32,000 nucleotides of DNA, taken from contig OY969902.1 of assembly GCA_963704435.1 (NCBI GenBank), forward strand, positions 30,001-62,000, read 5' to 3'. The notes beneath the pieces are model-generated. The model was not told the origin of the DNA. It made no database searches and saw only the letters and a list, made by a program, of their open reading frames with translations. Source of the DNA: an uncultured archaeon (GTDB lineage: Archaea; Micrarchaeota; Micrarchaeia; Micrarchaeales; CABMGC01). Below, in pieces: positions 18,686 through 27,172 of this stretch. The position numbers were made by a program, and so were the translations under genes. How positions within the stretch are numbered: the first letter of the stretch is position 1; each line of letters starts with the position of its first letter.

Positions 18686-19713
18686 AGCGCCAACACGACG
18701 AGCCTGCCAAGGCCAAGAAGGAAAAGTCGAACCGGCTCGCGTGGGCGCTCTATGCGCTGCTAGCGCTGCTCATAGTTGCATACGCGGTGCTGGGCAGCGC
18801 GCTGGTCGGGCTGGCCGCGCTCGCGGTCATCATATGCATCTTCTACTACGAGATAAGGCACAGCGTGAAGACGGAGGGCACGAGGAGGAGCGTCATCGAC
18901 ATGGTGGGCGCGATCTGCGCGGCCATCGCGGTCTGGATAGTCCTCATAGTCCTGCTGCACACTACGGCGCCAGTGGACGCGGTCTCGAGCTGCAGCATGC
19001 TCCCGGTGCTGCAGAGGGGGGACCTCGTCCTGCTGAGCGGAATAACGAACATCACGGGATTCGCCGAGTCGAAGCACGTGCCCGTAGTGAGCGTGAGCGG
19101 CGCCGCTTTCGCTAGCATGGAGGCGAACATGTCGCAGGAGTTCCTGTCCTACTATGCCTACTTCAACGGTAACAAGTCTGAGATATCGTACATCTTCGAC
19201 AATGCGTCGAACTACTCGATCGGCCTGTACAACACGAAATGCCTTTCGACATACTCGTACCTCGGCCGGGCGGACATGCTGCGCACATGCTACGTTAGCC
19301 AGGCGTCGCAGGCGAGGGACCTCATAAGGTACAACTATTCCATAGGAAAGGTCTCAGTGGCAGGTGCAGTGCACAACATCGTATACACCTCTGCCATCTC
19401 GATAGGGAACACGAGCATAATCGAGAACTACAGCAACCCGATAATCGTTTACCAGACGACCGCAGAGGACTACTTCAGCGGCAGCATAATACACAGGGTC
19501 GTCGCCCTTGTGAACGCGAGCGGGCAGTACTACTTCCTGACGAAGGGGGACAACAACCAGGCCCTCGACATCGAGTTCGAGAACTATCCCGCGAACCAGT
19601 CCGAGGCGCTGGGCTACGTCCTGGCGGACGTGCCCCTTCTCGGGTACGTGAAGCTCCTGCTCAGCGGCCAGCTGGCGGTCCCAGCGGGCTGCAACCAGAC
19701 GATACTGAGATGA
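18682..19713 (+). CDS. Signal peptidase I-like (S26 family) membrane protein with a large insertion
   Basis: Three N-terminal hydrophobic segments, then SSCSMLPVLQRGDLVLLSG (SxMxP nucleophile box), IIHRVVALVNASGQYYFLTKGDNNQALD (His box and GDNN box); ATGA overlap with smc. Confidence 0.82.
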   Translation: MKRQHDEPAKAKKEKSNRLAWALYALLALLIVAYAVLGSALVGLAALAVIICIFYYEIRHSVKTEGTRRSVIDMVGAICAAIAVWIVLIVLLHTTAPVDAVSSCSMLPVLQRGDLVLLSGITNITGFAESKHVPVVSVSGAAFASMEANMSQEFLSYYAYFNGNKSEISYIFDNASNYSIGLYNTKCLSTYSYLGRADMLRTCYVSQASQARDLIRYNYSIGKVSVAGAVHNIVYTSAISIGNTSIIENYSNPIIVYQTTAEDYFSGSIIHRVVALVNASGQYYFLTKGDNNQALDIEFENYPANQSEALGYVLADVPLLGYVKLLLSGQLAVPAGCNQTILR

Positions 19714-19719
19714 GACTGG

Positions 19720-20250
19720 ATGGATGCTCTTGAGACACTTATGGATGAACATCTGACGATCGCAACGACCCTCGGGCTTTTGGACGTCTCTGCAAAGAAG
19801 ATGCAGGGCGGCGAAGAACTGCCTACTGAATTTTTTGATGAGGTCATGGATATCCTTGAGAATTTTGCCGACAGGTGCCACCACGCAAAGGAAGAGGAGG
19901 TCCTGTTCCCCCTGTTCAAGGGTAACGGCGCAAAGGATTCGGAGGCGGTGTCCTCATTCCTTGAAGAGCATGAAAATGGGAGGGCATTCGTAAGTGCGCT
20001 GGGCAAGGCGGTCGACAGGGATGACAGACTAGGCATAATGGAAAACGCCAGCGGTTACTATTCCCTAATGTCGCAGCACATCAGGAAAGAGAACATGCTT
20101 TTCCCTGCTTGGATAAAATCGCTCTCGGACGCGGCAAGTGAGGAAATGGCAGCAAGGTTCGATAGGATAGAAGCGAGATCCTTGGGCCCCGAAAGGCACC
20201 AGGAATACCGCCGGACCGTGGAGAGATTGAAGAGTGAAATACTCAGTTAG
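19720..20250 (+). CDS. Hemerythrin-domain protein
   Basis: MDEHLTIA ... CHHAKEEEVLFPLF ... LEEHENGRAFV ... HIRKENMLFPAW, the H/HxxxE/H/HxxxE spacing of hemerythrin HHE domains. Confidence 0.88.
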   Translation: MDALETLMDEHLTIATTLGLLDVSAKKMQGGEELPTEFFDEVMDILENFADRCHHAKEEEVLFPLFKGNGAKDSEAVSSFLEEHENGRAFVSALGKAVDRDDRLGIMENASGYYSLMSQHIRKENMLFPAWIKSLSDAASEEMAARFDRIEARSLGPERHQEYRRTVERLKSEILS

Positions 20251-20253
20251 AAT

Positions 20254-21204
20254 TTAGTCCTTCATCCTGAGCACTGAAGGAAGCGTCCTGCCCAATGCGC
20301 TCCATAAGGACCCTTCTCCTGAATCTTCAACTTTGCCCCCTTCGGTCAGCGCTCCATCTGTCGCAGCGATATGGATCCATCCCCTCTCCGTTAGCTTCTT
20401 TTCCATGTTCTTCTCCTCAAAGGTGTCTGTCCTAGCGGTGTGGTACCATGGCTGCGCAGGGTAGACCGCGCGAGGAATCAACCTTATGACTGGAAGCTCT
20501 TCTCCTTTCGGAGTTTTCTCCAAAGCGTTGAAGATGAGCCCACGGTAGAGCGAACCCACGCATCCGCCAAGCTCATAGGTCTTCCTGTTTGGAGGGTTCG
20601 CCTGCCTCTCGAGCCACGCCCACTCATATCTATCTACATTTAGTACGTTGCAGCCTACCACCTCCATGCTCAGTAGACCCGCTATGAGAATTTTGCGCGC
20701 ACCCGCGTCCATCAGCGCGTCATAAAACTCACCAAATAGCTTTTTGTAGTCGAAACCCCGTTCCGACGAAGCGCGGTTTTCAAGAAAGGGGACGCTCCTG
20801 CTTCCCTCTGTGGGTATTAGCAGATAGTTACTTGCCCCCATCGCCTGCAGCCTCTTTTCCGCGCCAACTGTGCGATAGAACTCCTCAAGTATGACTATGG
20901 GTCGACTTCCTTTTGTCAGCAGGTCGGTTACTATGTCCTGATATCTGATGAACTTCTCGATCTCTTCGCGCGACGAGTCCTGCGGCGTTTCCTCGTACCA
21001 AGGGTGAACCAGTACTATGACGGTCCCTTTCGCGCTCCTAGTCCCGTCTCGCAGTAGCGCGAGCTGCCCCTTGCTGACTCCCTTGAAAGGCGACTTGCTT
21101 TCATCAGGAATGCGTATCGCGTTATCCCACATCGGGGCGCGTGCTGCCGAATCCGCATTCTCCTGGTTGCCCGATTTGCCTGTGTGGATTCCAAGCGCTG
21201 ACAT
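20254..21204 (-). CDS. Hypothetical protein, 316 aa, no confident family
   Basis: Long ORF with alternating strand/helix segments (TVIVLVHPWYEE, RPIVILEEFYRTVG, RKILIAGLLSMEVVGCNVLNV) suggesting an alpha/beta Rossmann-like hydrolase fold. Confidence 0.65.
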   Translation of the reverse strand: MSALGIHTGKSGNQENADSAARAPMWDNAIRIPDESKSPFKGVSKGQLALLRDGTRSAKGTVIVLVHPWYEETPQDSSREEIEKFIRYQDIVTDLLTKGSRPIVILEEFYRTVGAEKRLQAMGASNYLLIPTEGSRSVPFLENRASSERGFDYKKLFGEFYDALMDAGARKILIAGLLSMEVVGCNVLNVDRYEWAWLERQANPPNRKTYELGGCVGSLYRGLIFNALEKTPKGEELPVIRLIPRAVYPAQPWYHTARTDTFEEKNMEKKLTERGWIHIAATDGALTEGGKVEDSGEGSLWSALGRTLPSVLRMKD

Positions 21205-21386
21205 GCAAAAACCTAAGACTCTCTAATGACCCTTTGCTCTTCCCATATAAAAACGTATTTTGATGATATGTATGCGGCAGAAAAGGCATGGGGCCATGTT
21301 GCCGGATTCCTAAGCTTTAAATATCTTGTGAGGGAGAATACTAATGTAATAGCGTCTTTTTCAGAAGCGCTTTTTTGAAGGTTAGC

Positions 21387-21695
21387 ATGGCAGATCTTAA
21401 CAGCGATCTCAGGATGGCGGTCGACTCCGGAGAGGTAGTGCTCGGCACGGAGCAGACTATGCGCGCAATCACCAGCAGCAAGGCGAAGCTGGTCGTGGTC
21501 AGCGGCAAGGGCAACGAGCGCGCCGAGTCGGACATAGTCCACGTGTGCGGCATCGCGGGGATCCGGGTCATGAAGTTCAACGGTAACTCGATGGAGCTCG
21601 GCGCGGTCTGCGGAAAGCCGCACTCGGTCGCGAGCCTTGCGGTCATCGAGGCCGGCGACTCGAATATACTGAAGGAGGAATACCAGGTGCTTTGA
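21387..21695 (+). CDS. rpl30e: 50S ribosomal protein L30e
   Basis: LRMAVDSGEVVLGTEQTMRAITSSKAKLVVVSGKGNERAESDIVHVCGIAGIRVMKFNGNSMELGAVCGKPHSVASLAVIEAGDS; ATG at 21387 preferred over TTG at 21375. Confidence 0.93.
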   Translation: MADLNSDLRMAVDSGEVVLGTEQTMRAITSSKAKLVVVSGKGNERAESDIVHVCGIAGIRVMKFNGNSMELGAVCGKPHSVASLAVIEAGDSNILKEEYQVL

Positions 21696-22124
21696 TTGGC
21701 AAAGGGAGAATTCGCGGCGCTCAGGCTCATGCACAAGAGGAAGAGGGAGCGCCTGCTGAAGAAGTCGTGGAAGAGGAAGAAGTTCAAGCTGAAGCAGAAG
21801 TACGACGCCGTGGGCTGCGTGCCGATGGCGAAGGGACTCGTGCTCCAGAAGGGCGTGCTGCAGCAGAAGCAGCCGCACAGCGGTCTAATCAAGACAGTCA
21901 AGGTCCAGCTGATAAAGAACGGGAAGGTCGTCGGCGCGTACGTGCCATACGACGGAGCGATAAACTTCATAGATGAGCACGACGAGGTCCTGATACAGGG
22001 GCTGGGAGGCTCGCAGAGGGGACAGATGGGCTGCATCCCTGGCCTCAAGTACCGGGTGATCGCCGTCAACGGCGCGGACCTGTTCCAGGTCACGAAGGGC
22101 AAGAAGGAGAAGCCCAAGAGATGA
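21696..22124 (+). CDS. rps12: 30S ribosomal protein S12
   Basis: KYDAVGCVPMAKGLVLQKGVLQQKQPHSGLIKTVKVQLIKNGKVVGAYVPYDGAINFIDEHDEVLIQGLGGSQRGQMGCIPGLKYRVIAVNG; TTG start directly after the L30e stop. Confidence 0.97.
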   Translation: MAKGEFAALRLMHKRKRERLLKKSWKRKKFKLKQKYDAVGCVPMAKGLVLQKGVLQQKQPHSGLIKTVKVQLIKNGKVVGAYVPYDGAINFIDEHDEVLIQGLGGSQRGQMGCIPGLKYRVIAVNGADLFQVTKGKKEKPKR

Positions 22125-22918
22125 GGATGACGTTTATGCCTAGCGAGAACGAAACTGCGGGGATTTCAGGCGCGAAGCAGCGCGAGCCTTCTACAGAGAT
22201 AATGGAAGTGAAGGAGGCCGCTATCGTCGCGGTCCCCGAGGCTCCCGCGGAGAAGGCTGCGCCCAAGAGGGCGCCGCGACCGGCCGTTAAGAGGAAGGTC
22301 AGCGCCGAGCCGGCGGAGCGGCTGCTCTTCGGCAAGTACAGCTTCAAGGACGTCGTAGTCGACGACCCTAGCCTCGCGAACCAGATAACGCTCAATCCCA
22401 AGGAGTTCCCGGCCACGTTCGGCAGGAGGAAGGACAAGGTCTACTTCGCCACCCACGTGAACATAGTGGAACGGCTAATAAACAAGATGATGCGCGGAGG
22501 CACCGGCCAGAGGATCGGGGGCAAGGTCATAAGGACAAAGGGCGCGCTGCAGGGCAAGAAGATGAAGGTCACCCGCGTGGTCGAGAGCGCGTTCGACGCG
22601 ATCAGCAAGAGGACCGGGAAGAACCCGCTGCAGCTCTTCGTGAACGCGCTCGAGAATGCGGCCCCGATAGAGGACACGACCAGGGTAAGGTACGGGGGCA
22701 TAAGCTACAGCGTCGCGACCGGGATAAGCGCCACCAGGAGGCTAGACGTGGCGCTGAGGGGCATGGCGCTAGCGGCGCTCATCGGAGCGTTCAAGAGCAG
22801 GAAGAGCCTGTCCGACGCGCTGGCCGACGAGATAATCCTCGCATCCAACAAGGACGCGAACAGCTACGCGATAAAGAGGAAGGTCGAGCGCGAGAGGATC
22901 GCAAGGAGCGCTAGATAG
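22121..22918 (+). CDS. rps7: 30S ribosomal protein S7 with about 65-aa N-terminal extension
   Basis: LLFGKYSFKDVVVDDPSLANQI ... RLINKMMRGGTGQRIGGKVIRTKGALQGKKMKVTRVVESAFDAISKRTGKNPLQLFVNALENAAPIEDTTRVRYGGISY; ATGA overlap with rps12. Confidence 0.96.
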   Translation: MRMTFMPSENETAGISGAKQREPSTEIMEVKEAAIVAVPEAPAEKAAPKRAPRPAVKRKVSAEPAERLLFGKYSFKDVVVDDPSLANQITLNPKEFPATFGRRKDKVYFATHVNIVERLINKMMRGGTGQRIGGKVIRTKGALQGKKMKVTRVVESAFDAISKRTGKNPLQLFVNALENAAPIEDTTRVRYGGISYSVATGISATRRLDVALRGMALAALIGAFKSRKSLSDALADEIILASNKDANSYAIKRKVERERIARSAR

Positions 22919-22934
22919 AGGCGCGGTGCTTTTT

Positions 22935-25127
22935 ATGGCAAGGAAGGAGTTCGTAGCCGAGGAGGTCGGCAGGATAATGAGCGACCTGATCCACGTGAGG
23001 AACGTCGCGATAGTCGCGCACGTCCACCACGGCAAGACGACGCTCACCGACTCGCTCCTCGCCAAGGCGGGCATAATCGCCAAGTCCGTAGTGGCCGAGG
23101 CGCTGTACACCAACTACGAGGCCATAGAGAAGGACAGGAAGATGACCATAAAGTCCGCCAACATCTCCCTCGCGTTCGAGTACAAGGGCCACGACTACGT
23201 AATCAACCTGATAGACACGCCCGGGCACGTCGACTTCGGCGGCCACGTCACCAGGTCAATGAGGGCCGTCGACGGAGTCGTCGTTGTCGTAGATCCTGTG
23301 GAGGGGATAATGCCGCAGACCGAGACTGTCGTCAGGCAGGCGCTCAAGGAGAAGGCCAAGCCTGTGCTGTTCATCAACAAGGTCGACAGGCTGCTCACGG
23401 AGCTCAGGCTCACGCCGCAGCAGACGTTCGACAGGCTGCTCAAGCTCATAGCCGACATGAACAAGCTGATAGACGGCTTCGCCCCCGAGGAGTTCAAGGG
23501 CAAGTGGCACGTCAGCGTGGATGACGGAAGCGTCTGCATCGGATCGGCCGCGAAGAAGTGGGCGATATCCAAGCCGATAATGGAGAAGTACAAGGTCACG
23601 TTCAAGGAGATATTCGCGCTCACCGAGGCAGGCGACGAGAAGAAGCTGCAGGAGGTCGCGCCGATAGACGAGGCGACGCTCACGATGATTGTCGAGCACC
23701 TGCCGACCCCCAAGGAGGCGCAGGCGTACAGGATACCCCATCTGTGGCACGGCGACCTCGAGAGCGAGGACGGAAAGGCGATGCTGTCCGTCGACGCGAA
23801 GGCCAAGGCGAATGCGGTGATATTCGGCATAACGTACGACCCCCACGGCGGGGAGGTCGCCGTCGGAAGGGTCTTCTCGGGCACGCTGAAGAAGGGCACC
23901 GTGGTGAACATCTCCGGGAAGGCGAATCCGCAGAGGATACTGCAGGTCGGCCTGTACATGGGCCCGGAGCGCGTGCTGATCGACGAGGTGTCCGCAGGCA
24001 ACATAGCCGCCATAGTCGGGCTGAAGGACCTGACGATAGGCGACACGATCAGCGAGGGCACCATAGTGCCGTTCGAGCAGATAACCCACTACTCCAAGCC
24101 GGTCGTGACGAAGGCGGTCGAGGCCAAGGAGCTCAAGGACACGCTGAAGCTGATAGAGGCGCTCAGGGAGCTGTCCAAGTCCGACCCTACGATCACGGTC
24201 GAGATCAACCAGGAGACGGGAGAGCACCTGATGAGCGGCATGGGCGAGCTCCACCTGGAGGTCATAGAGACGAAGCTCAAGGACGATTACAAGATACCGA
24301 TAACCACGAGCGAGCCGCTGGTGGTCTACAAGGAGACGATAGAGAACAAGGTGGAGGACGTAGAGGGCAAGTCGCCGAACAGGCACACCAAGTTCGAGGT
24401 CACGGTCATGCCGCTGGAGAAGGGCGTCGTGGAGCTGATAGAGAACGGCACCATAAGGGAGGGCCAGCCGAAGGGCAAGCAGTACCTCGAGGACCTTGTC
24501 AAGGCGGGCATGCCCAGGGAGGAGGCCAGGGGAATCATCGACGTGTCCCACACGAGCGTGCTCATAGACATAACCCACGGTGTGCAGTACCTCAACGAGG
24601 TGATGGAGCTCCTCATCGACGGATTCGAGGAGGCCGTGCGCGAGGGGCCGCTAGCCAAGGAGAAGTGCTTCGGGGTGAAGGTCATGATAACCGACGCCAC
24701 GATACACGAGGACCCGGTGCACAGGGGCCCGGCGCAGATAATGCCTGCGATGAGGAGGCCGATCTGGGCGGGAATGCTGCTCGCGGGCGTGGTCCTGCTG
24801 GAGCCGAAGCAGCTCTTCACGATCAACATACCGCAGGAGTACCTGTCCGACGTCATCGGTCTGCTGCAGGGCAGGAGGGGCCAGGTCCAGGAGATACAGC
24901 AGGAGAACGAGCAGGTCACGATAACCGCGAAGATGCCCGTGGCAGAGGTCATCAAGGGCTTCTCGAACGAGATGAGGGGCGCCACGACCGGGAGGGCGAT
25001 CTGGTACACCGAGTTCGCCGGCTACGAGAAGATGCCGAAGGAGCTGCAGGACAAGGTCGTCAGGGAGATAAGGAAGAGGAAGGGCCAGAAGGAGGAGCCT
25101 CCGTCGGCGCAGGAGTATCTGGACTAG
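22935..25127 (+). CDS. fusA: Translation elongation factor EF-2
   Basis: VAIVAHVHHGKTTLTDSLLAKAG, DTPGHVDFGGHVTRSMRAVDG, NKVDRL, C-terminal MPVAEVIKGFSNEMRGATTGRAIWYTEFAGYEKMP. ATG at 22935 preferred over GTG at 22926. Confidence 0.97.
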   Translation: MARKEFVAEEVGRIMSDLIHVRNVAIVAHVHHGKTTLTDSLLAKAGIIAKSVVAEALYTNYEAIEKDRKMTIKSANISLAFEYKGHDYVINLIDTPGHVDFGGHVTRSMRAVDGVVVVVDPVEGIMPQTETVVRQALKEKAKPVLFINKVDRLLTELRLTPQQTFDRLLKLIADMNKLIDGFAPEEFKGKWHVSVDDGSVCIGSAAKKWAISKPIMEKYKVTFKEIFALTEAGDEKKLQEVAPIDEATLTMIVEHLPTPKEAQAYRIPHLWHGDLESEDGKAMLSVDAKAKANAVIFGITYDPHGGEVAVGRVFSGTLKKGTVVNISGKANPQRILQVGLYMGPERVLIDEVSAGNIAAIVGLKDLTIGDTISEGTIVPFEQITHYSKPVVTKAVEAKELKDTLKLIEALRELSKSDPTITVEINQETGEHLMSGMGELHLEVIETKLKDDYKIPITTSEPLVVYKETIENKVEDVEGKSPNRHTKFEVTVMPLEKGVVELIENGTIREGQPKGKQYLEDLVKAGMPREEARGIIDVSHTSVLIDITHGVQYLNEVMELLIDGFEEAVREGPLAKEKCFGVKVMITDATIHEDPVHRGPAQIMPAMRRPIWAGMLLAGVVLLEPKQLFTINIPQEYLSDVIGLLQGRRGQVQEIQQENEQVTITAKMPVAEVIKGFSNEMRGATTGRAIWYTEFAGYEKMPKELQDKVVREIRKRKGQKEEPPSAQEYLD

Positions 25128-25161
25128 CGGACCGCTAAGCGTAATCCTTTCCCAAACAGGG

Positions 25162-26157
25162 TCAAATACCTATCACATATACCAGATTTCTCTCGAGCTC
25201 CCTCAGGTATAGCGCGGAATCCAAGCGGTCCAGAATCTCGGGGTCAGTGATGCGCTGCACATACTTGTCCTGCATCTTTTTCGCCTCCCTCGCGGTAACG
25301 GGCGCATTCCGGACTAGCCTTTTGTAGCTAATCCTTTCCCTCTCCAGCAGCTCCTTGACCTGCTTCAGCTCACCGGGGTTCTGCAGGAGAATCTGGTATA
25401 TGAGGTTCTCGTCGATTCCCTTGGCCATGTCGTCTTTTAGGTCAAGCAGGTCATCCTGCACCTGCGCAACCATCCCGAGATTCATGTAGGCGTCTTCGAT
25501 GACTCTCGCGCGCTCAGTTGGCACCGAATATATGGTGTTCAGGAGCCTGATGTGGGACCCTACGACCACGCCGCTCGTGCCCATCCTGAGCTCTTCAGCA
25601 TCGGAGAGGCTTCGGATATTGCGGTGTTCATTTATGGCGCGCATCATCACTTCCGCATCGACAGTGAATAGCGTCCTTATCTCCTTCTGTTTCGCATTGT
25701 CCAATAATCTGATTGATTCGAAGAATCTCTTCCTCGTCTCCCTGATTTCGCTATCTTTGTTGAATTTCATAGAGCGGTCCCTGTTCTCAGGGCTGTCCAG
25801 GAATCTGTCCGCCGCGGCCACGTACACGAAGTAGTTCTTCATTATAGAAGTCAGTCTCGGGTCGATATCCTTGTACCTGAATCCTGTGGCATTAAGCCAG
25901 GAGTTTACGGTGAAGTTCAGAAATATGAAGTTCTCCATCCTTTTTCTCAGGGTCTTGTCCTTGTCCGAAGAAAGGTATTTCCATCTGTGCCCCAAGGTCG
26001 CCACTGACCAGGACACGTGCGCCGTAGCCCGTAGCGCCCGGCGCAGGTCGCTCTCTCCTGAGGACAGCTCGTTTCCGAGCGGGTCCCTCCTGCTGAGCAT
26101 CTCGCTAGCCTGCTCTCGAGGGGTCGCTTTGATCGAGGCCATACTTCTCTTTTGCAT
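25162..26157 (-). CDS. Isoprenoid-synthase-fold protein (divergent polyprenyl synthase-like)
   Basis: MVAQVQDDLLDLKDDMAKGIDENLIYQILL resembles the second Asp-rich motif region of trans-prenyltransferases; the putative first motif is degenerate (YFVYVAAADRFLDSPENRDR). Confidence 0.55.
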   Translation of the reverse strand: MQKRSMASIKATPREQASEMLSRRDPLGNELSSGESDLRRALRATAHVSWSVATLGHRWKYLSSDKDKTLRKRMENFIFLNFTVNSWLNATGFRYKDIDPRLTSIMKNYFVYVAAADRFLDSPENRDRSMKFNKDSEIRETRKRFFESIRLLDNAKQKEIRTLFTVDAEVMMRAINEHRNIRSLSDAEELRMGTSGVVVGSHIRLLNTIYSVPTERARVIEDAYMNLGMVAQVQDDLLDLKDDMAKGIDENLIYQILLQNPGELKQVKELLERERISYKRLVRNAPVTAREAKKMQDKYVQRITDPEILDRLDSALYLRELERNLVYVIGI

Positions 26158-26170
26158 TCCCCCGTATTTA

Positions 26171-26368
26171 TTAATTGGCTAATGCCCTGTCTTCTTCCGG
26201 CAATCGACGAAGTCGCCGCGTCGCGTACGCTTGCGCCCGTCTCAGCCTCTCCAGCAACCTGCGCTCGTTCCTTCGATGGGCTTTAAAGGCTTTCCAGGCA
26301 AAGGCAATGGGTGCGCTTATGGATCCCGTATCCGCGTGAGAAGGGCGTTCCATGGATGAGGGCAGCAA
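26171..26368 (-). CDS. Possible small basic protein (uncertain)
   Basis: 65-aa ORF in an otherwise unassigned gap, with a minus-strand TTTATTAA box about 25 nt upstream of the ATG; highly Arg-rich C-terminus. No family recognised. Confidence 0.25.
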   Translation of the reverse strand: MLPSSMERPSHADTGSISAPIAFAWKAFKAHRRNERRLLERLRRAQAYATRRLRRLPEEDRALAN

Positions 26369-26466
26369 GTGGCGCTTGAGCTCAACGACTGCTTAATAAA
26401 TATTTCATTGCTAATATCATACTACTAGTGCTTATGTTCTGTGCACTGATGAGATGAGGTGTCTAA

Positions 26467-26916
26467 ATGGCAAAATCTTATGTGAAATTCGAAGTCCCAA
26501 AGGAGATAGCGGACAAGTCGCTGGAGGCTCTGCGCATGGCTAAGCAGGGCGGAGCGGTGAGGAAGGGGGTCAACGAGGTGACCAAGAGCGTCGAGAGGGG
26601 GCTTGCGGTCCTGGTGCTCCTTGCGGCCGACGTAGAGCCGGAGGAGGTGGTCATGCACATCCCGGCGCTCTGCGAGCAGAAGAAGATACCCCTGGTGTTC
26701 ATACCTGCCAAGCTCGACCTGGGCAAGGCGGTGGGGCTCAGCGTGCCGTGCGCAGCCGCGTCGATAGAGAAGGCGGGCGAGGGCCACGCGCAGCTCAAGG
26801 AGGTAGTCACATGGTCGGCGGGCAGGACCGGCGGGAAGCCAGAGGCCAAGAAGGAGGAGAAGGAAGAGAAGAAGGCCAGGGCGGCAAAGCCGAAGGCCGA
26901 GCAGGAAGCGGAGTGA
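26467..26916 (+). CDS. rpl7ae: 50S ribosomal protein L7Ae with charged C-terminal extension
   Basis: ALRMAKQGGAVRKGVNEVTKSVERGLAVLVLLAADVEPEEVVMHIPALCEQKKIPLVFIPAKLDLGKAVGLSVPCAAASI is diagnostic of archaeal L7Ae. Confidence 0.95.
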   Translation: MAKSYVKFEVPKEIADKSLEALRMAKQGGAVRKGVNEVTKSVERGLAVLVLLAADVEPEEVVMHIPALCEQKKIPLVFIPAKLDLGKAVGLSVPCAAASIEKAGEGHAQLKEVVTWSAGRTGGKPEAKKEEKEEKKARAAKPKAEQEAE

Positions 26917-26931
26917 TGGCGGACTGGTCCT

Positions 26932-27168
26932 ATGGCTGACGAGCAGAAGGAGCAGAAGAAGTTCGACGGCTTCCTAGCGGAGGTCGTGGAGAAGATGCCC
27001 AACCGCACCGGAATGTTCGGGTCCGTGCTGCAGGTGATGTGCAAGGTGATGGAGGGCAGGGACAAGGGCAGGGTCATAAGGCGGAACATAACGGGAAGGG
27101 TCAAGGTCGGTGACATAATAAGGCTTTCTGACACGAGCAGGGAGGACAAGCCGATACACGTCAAGTGA
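26932..27168 (+). CDS. rps28e: 30S ribosomal protein S28e
   Basis: FLAEVVEKMPNRTGMFGSVLQVMCKVMEGRDKGRVIRRNITGRVKVGDIIRLSDTSRE. Confidence 0.94.
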   Translation: MADEQKEQKKFDGFLAEVVEKMPNRTGMFGSVLQVMCKVMEGRDKGRVIRRNITGRVKVGDIIRLSDTSREDKPIHVK

Positions 27169-27172
27169 TGCT

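Noticed and set aside
15931-18696. Long antisense ORFs over smc (e.g. 15931..16764, 17687..18292, 17836..18279 minus)
   Set aside because: Typical shadow ORFs of a GC-rich, Lys/Glu/Ala-rich coiled-coil gene; translations are Arg/Leu/Ser-biased with no recognisable domains.
21357-21385. Possible kink-turn/hairpin (AGCGTCTTTTTCAGAAGCGCT) in the L30e leader
   Set aside because: Pairing beyond the terminal AGCG/CGCT is poor and I could not build a convincing kink-turn by eye.
23195-25138. Long overlapping ORFs in and against EF-2 (23256..24578 minus, 23558..25138 plus)
   Set aside because: Alternative frames of a clearly conserved EF-2 gene; low-complexity composition with no motifs.
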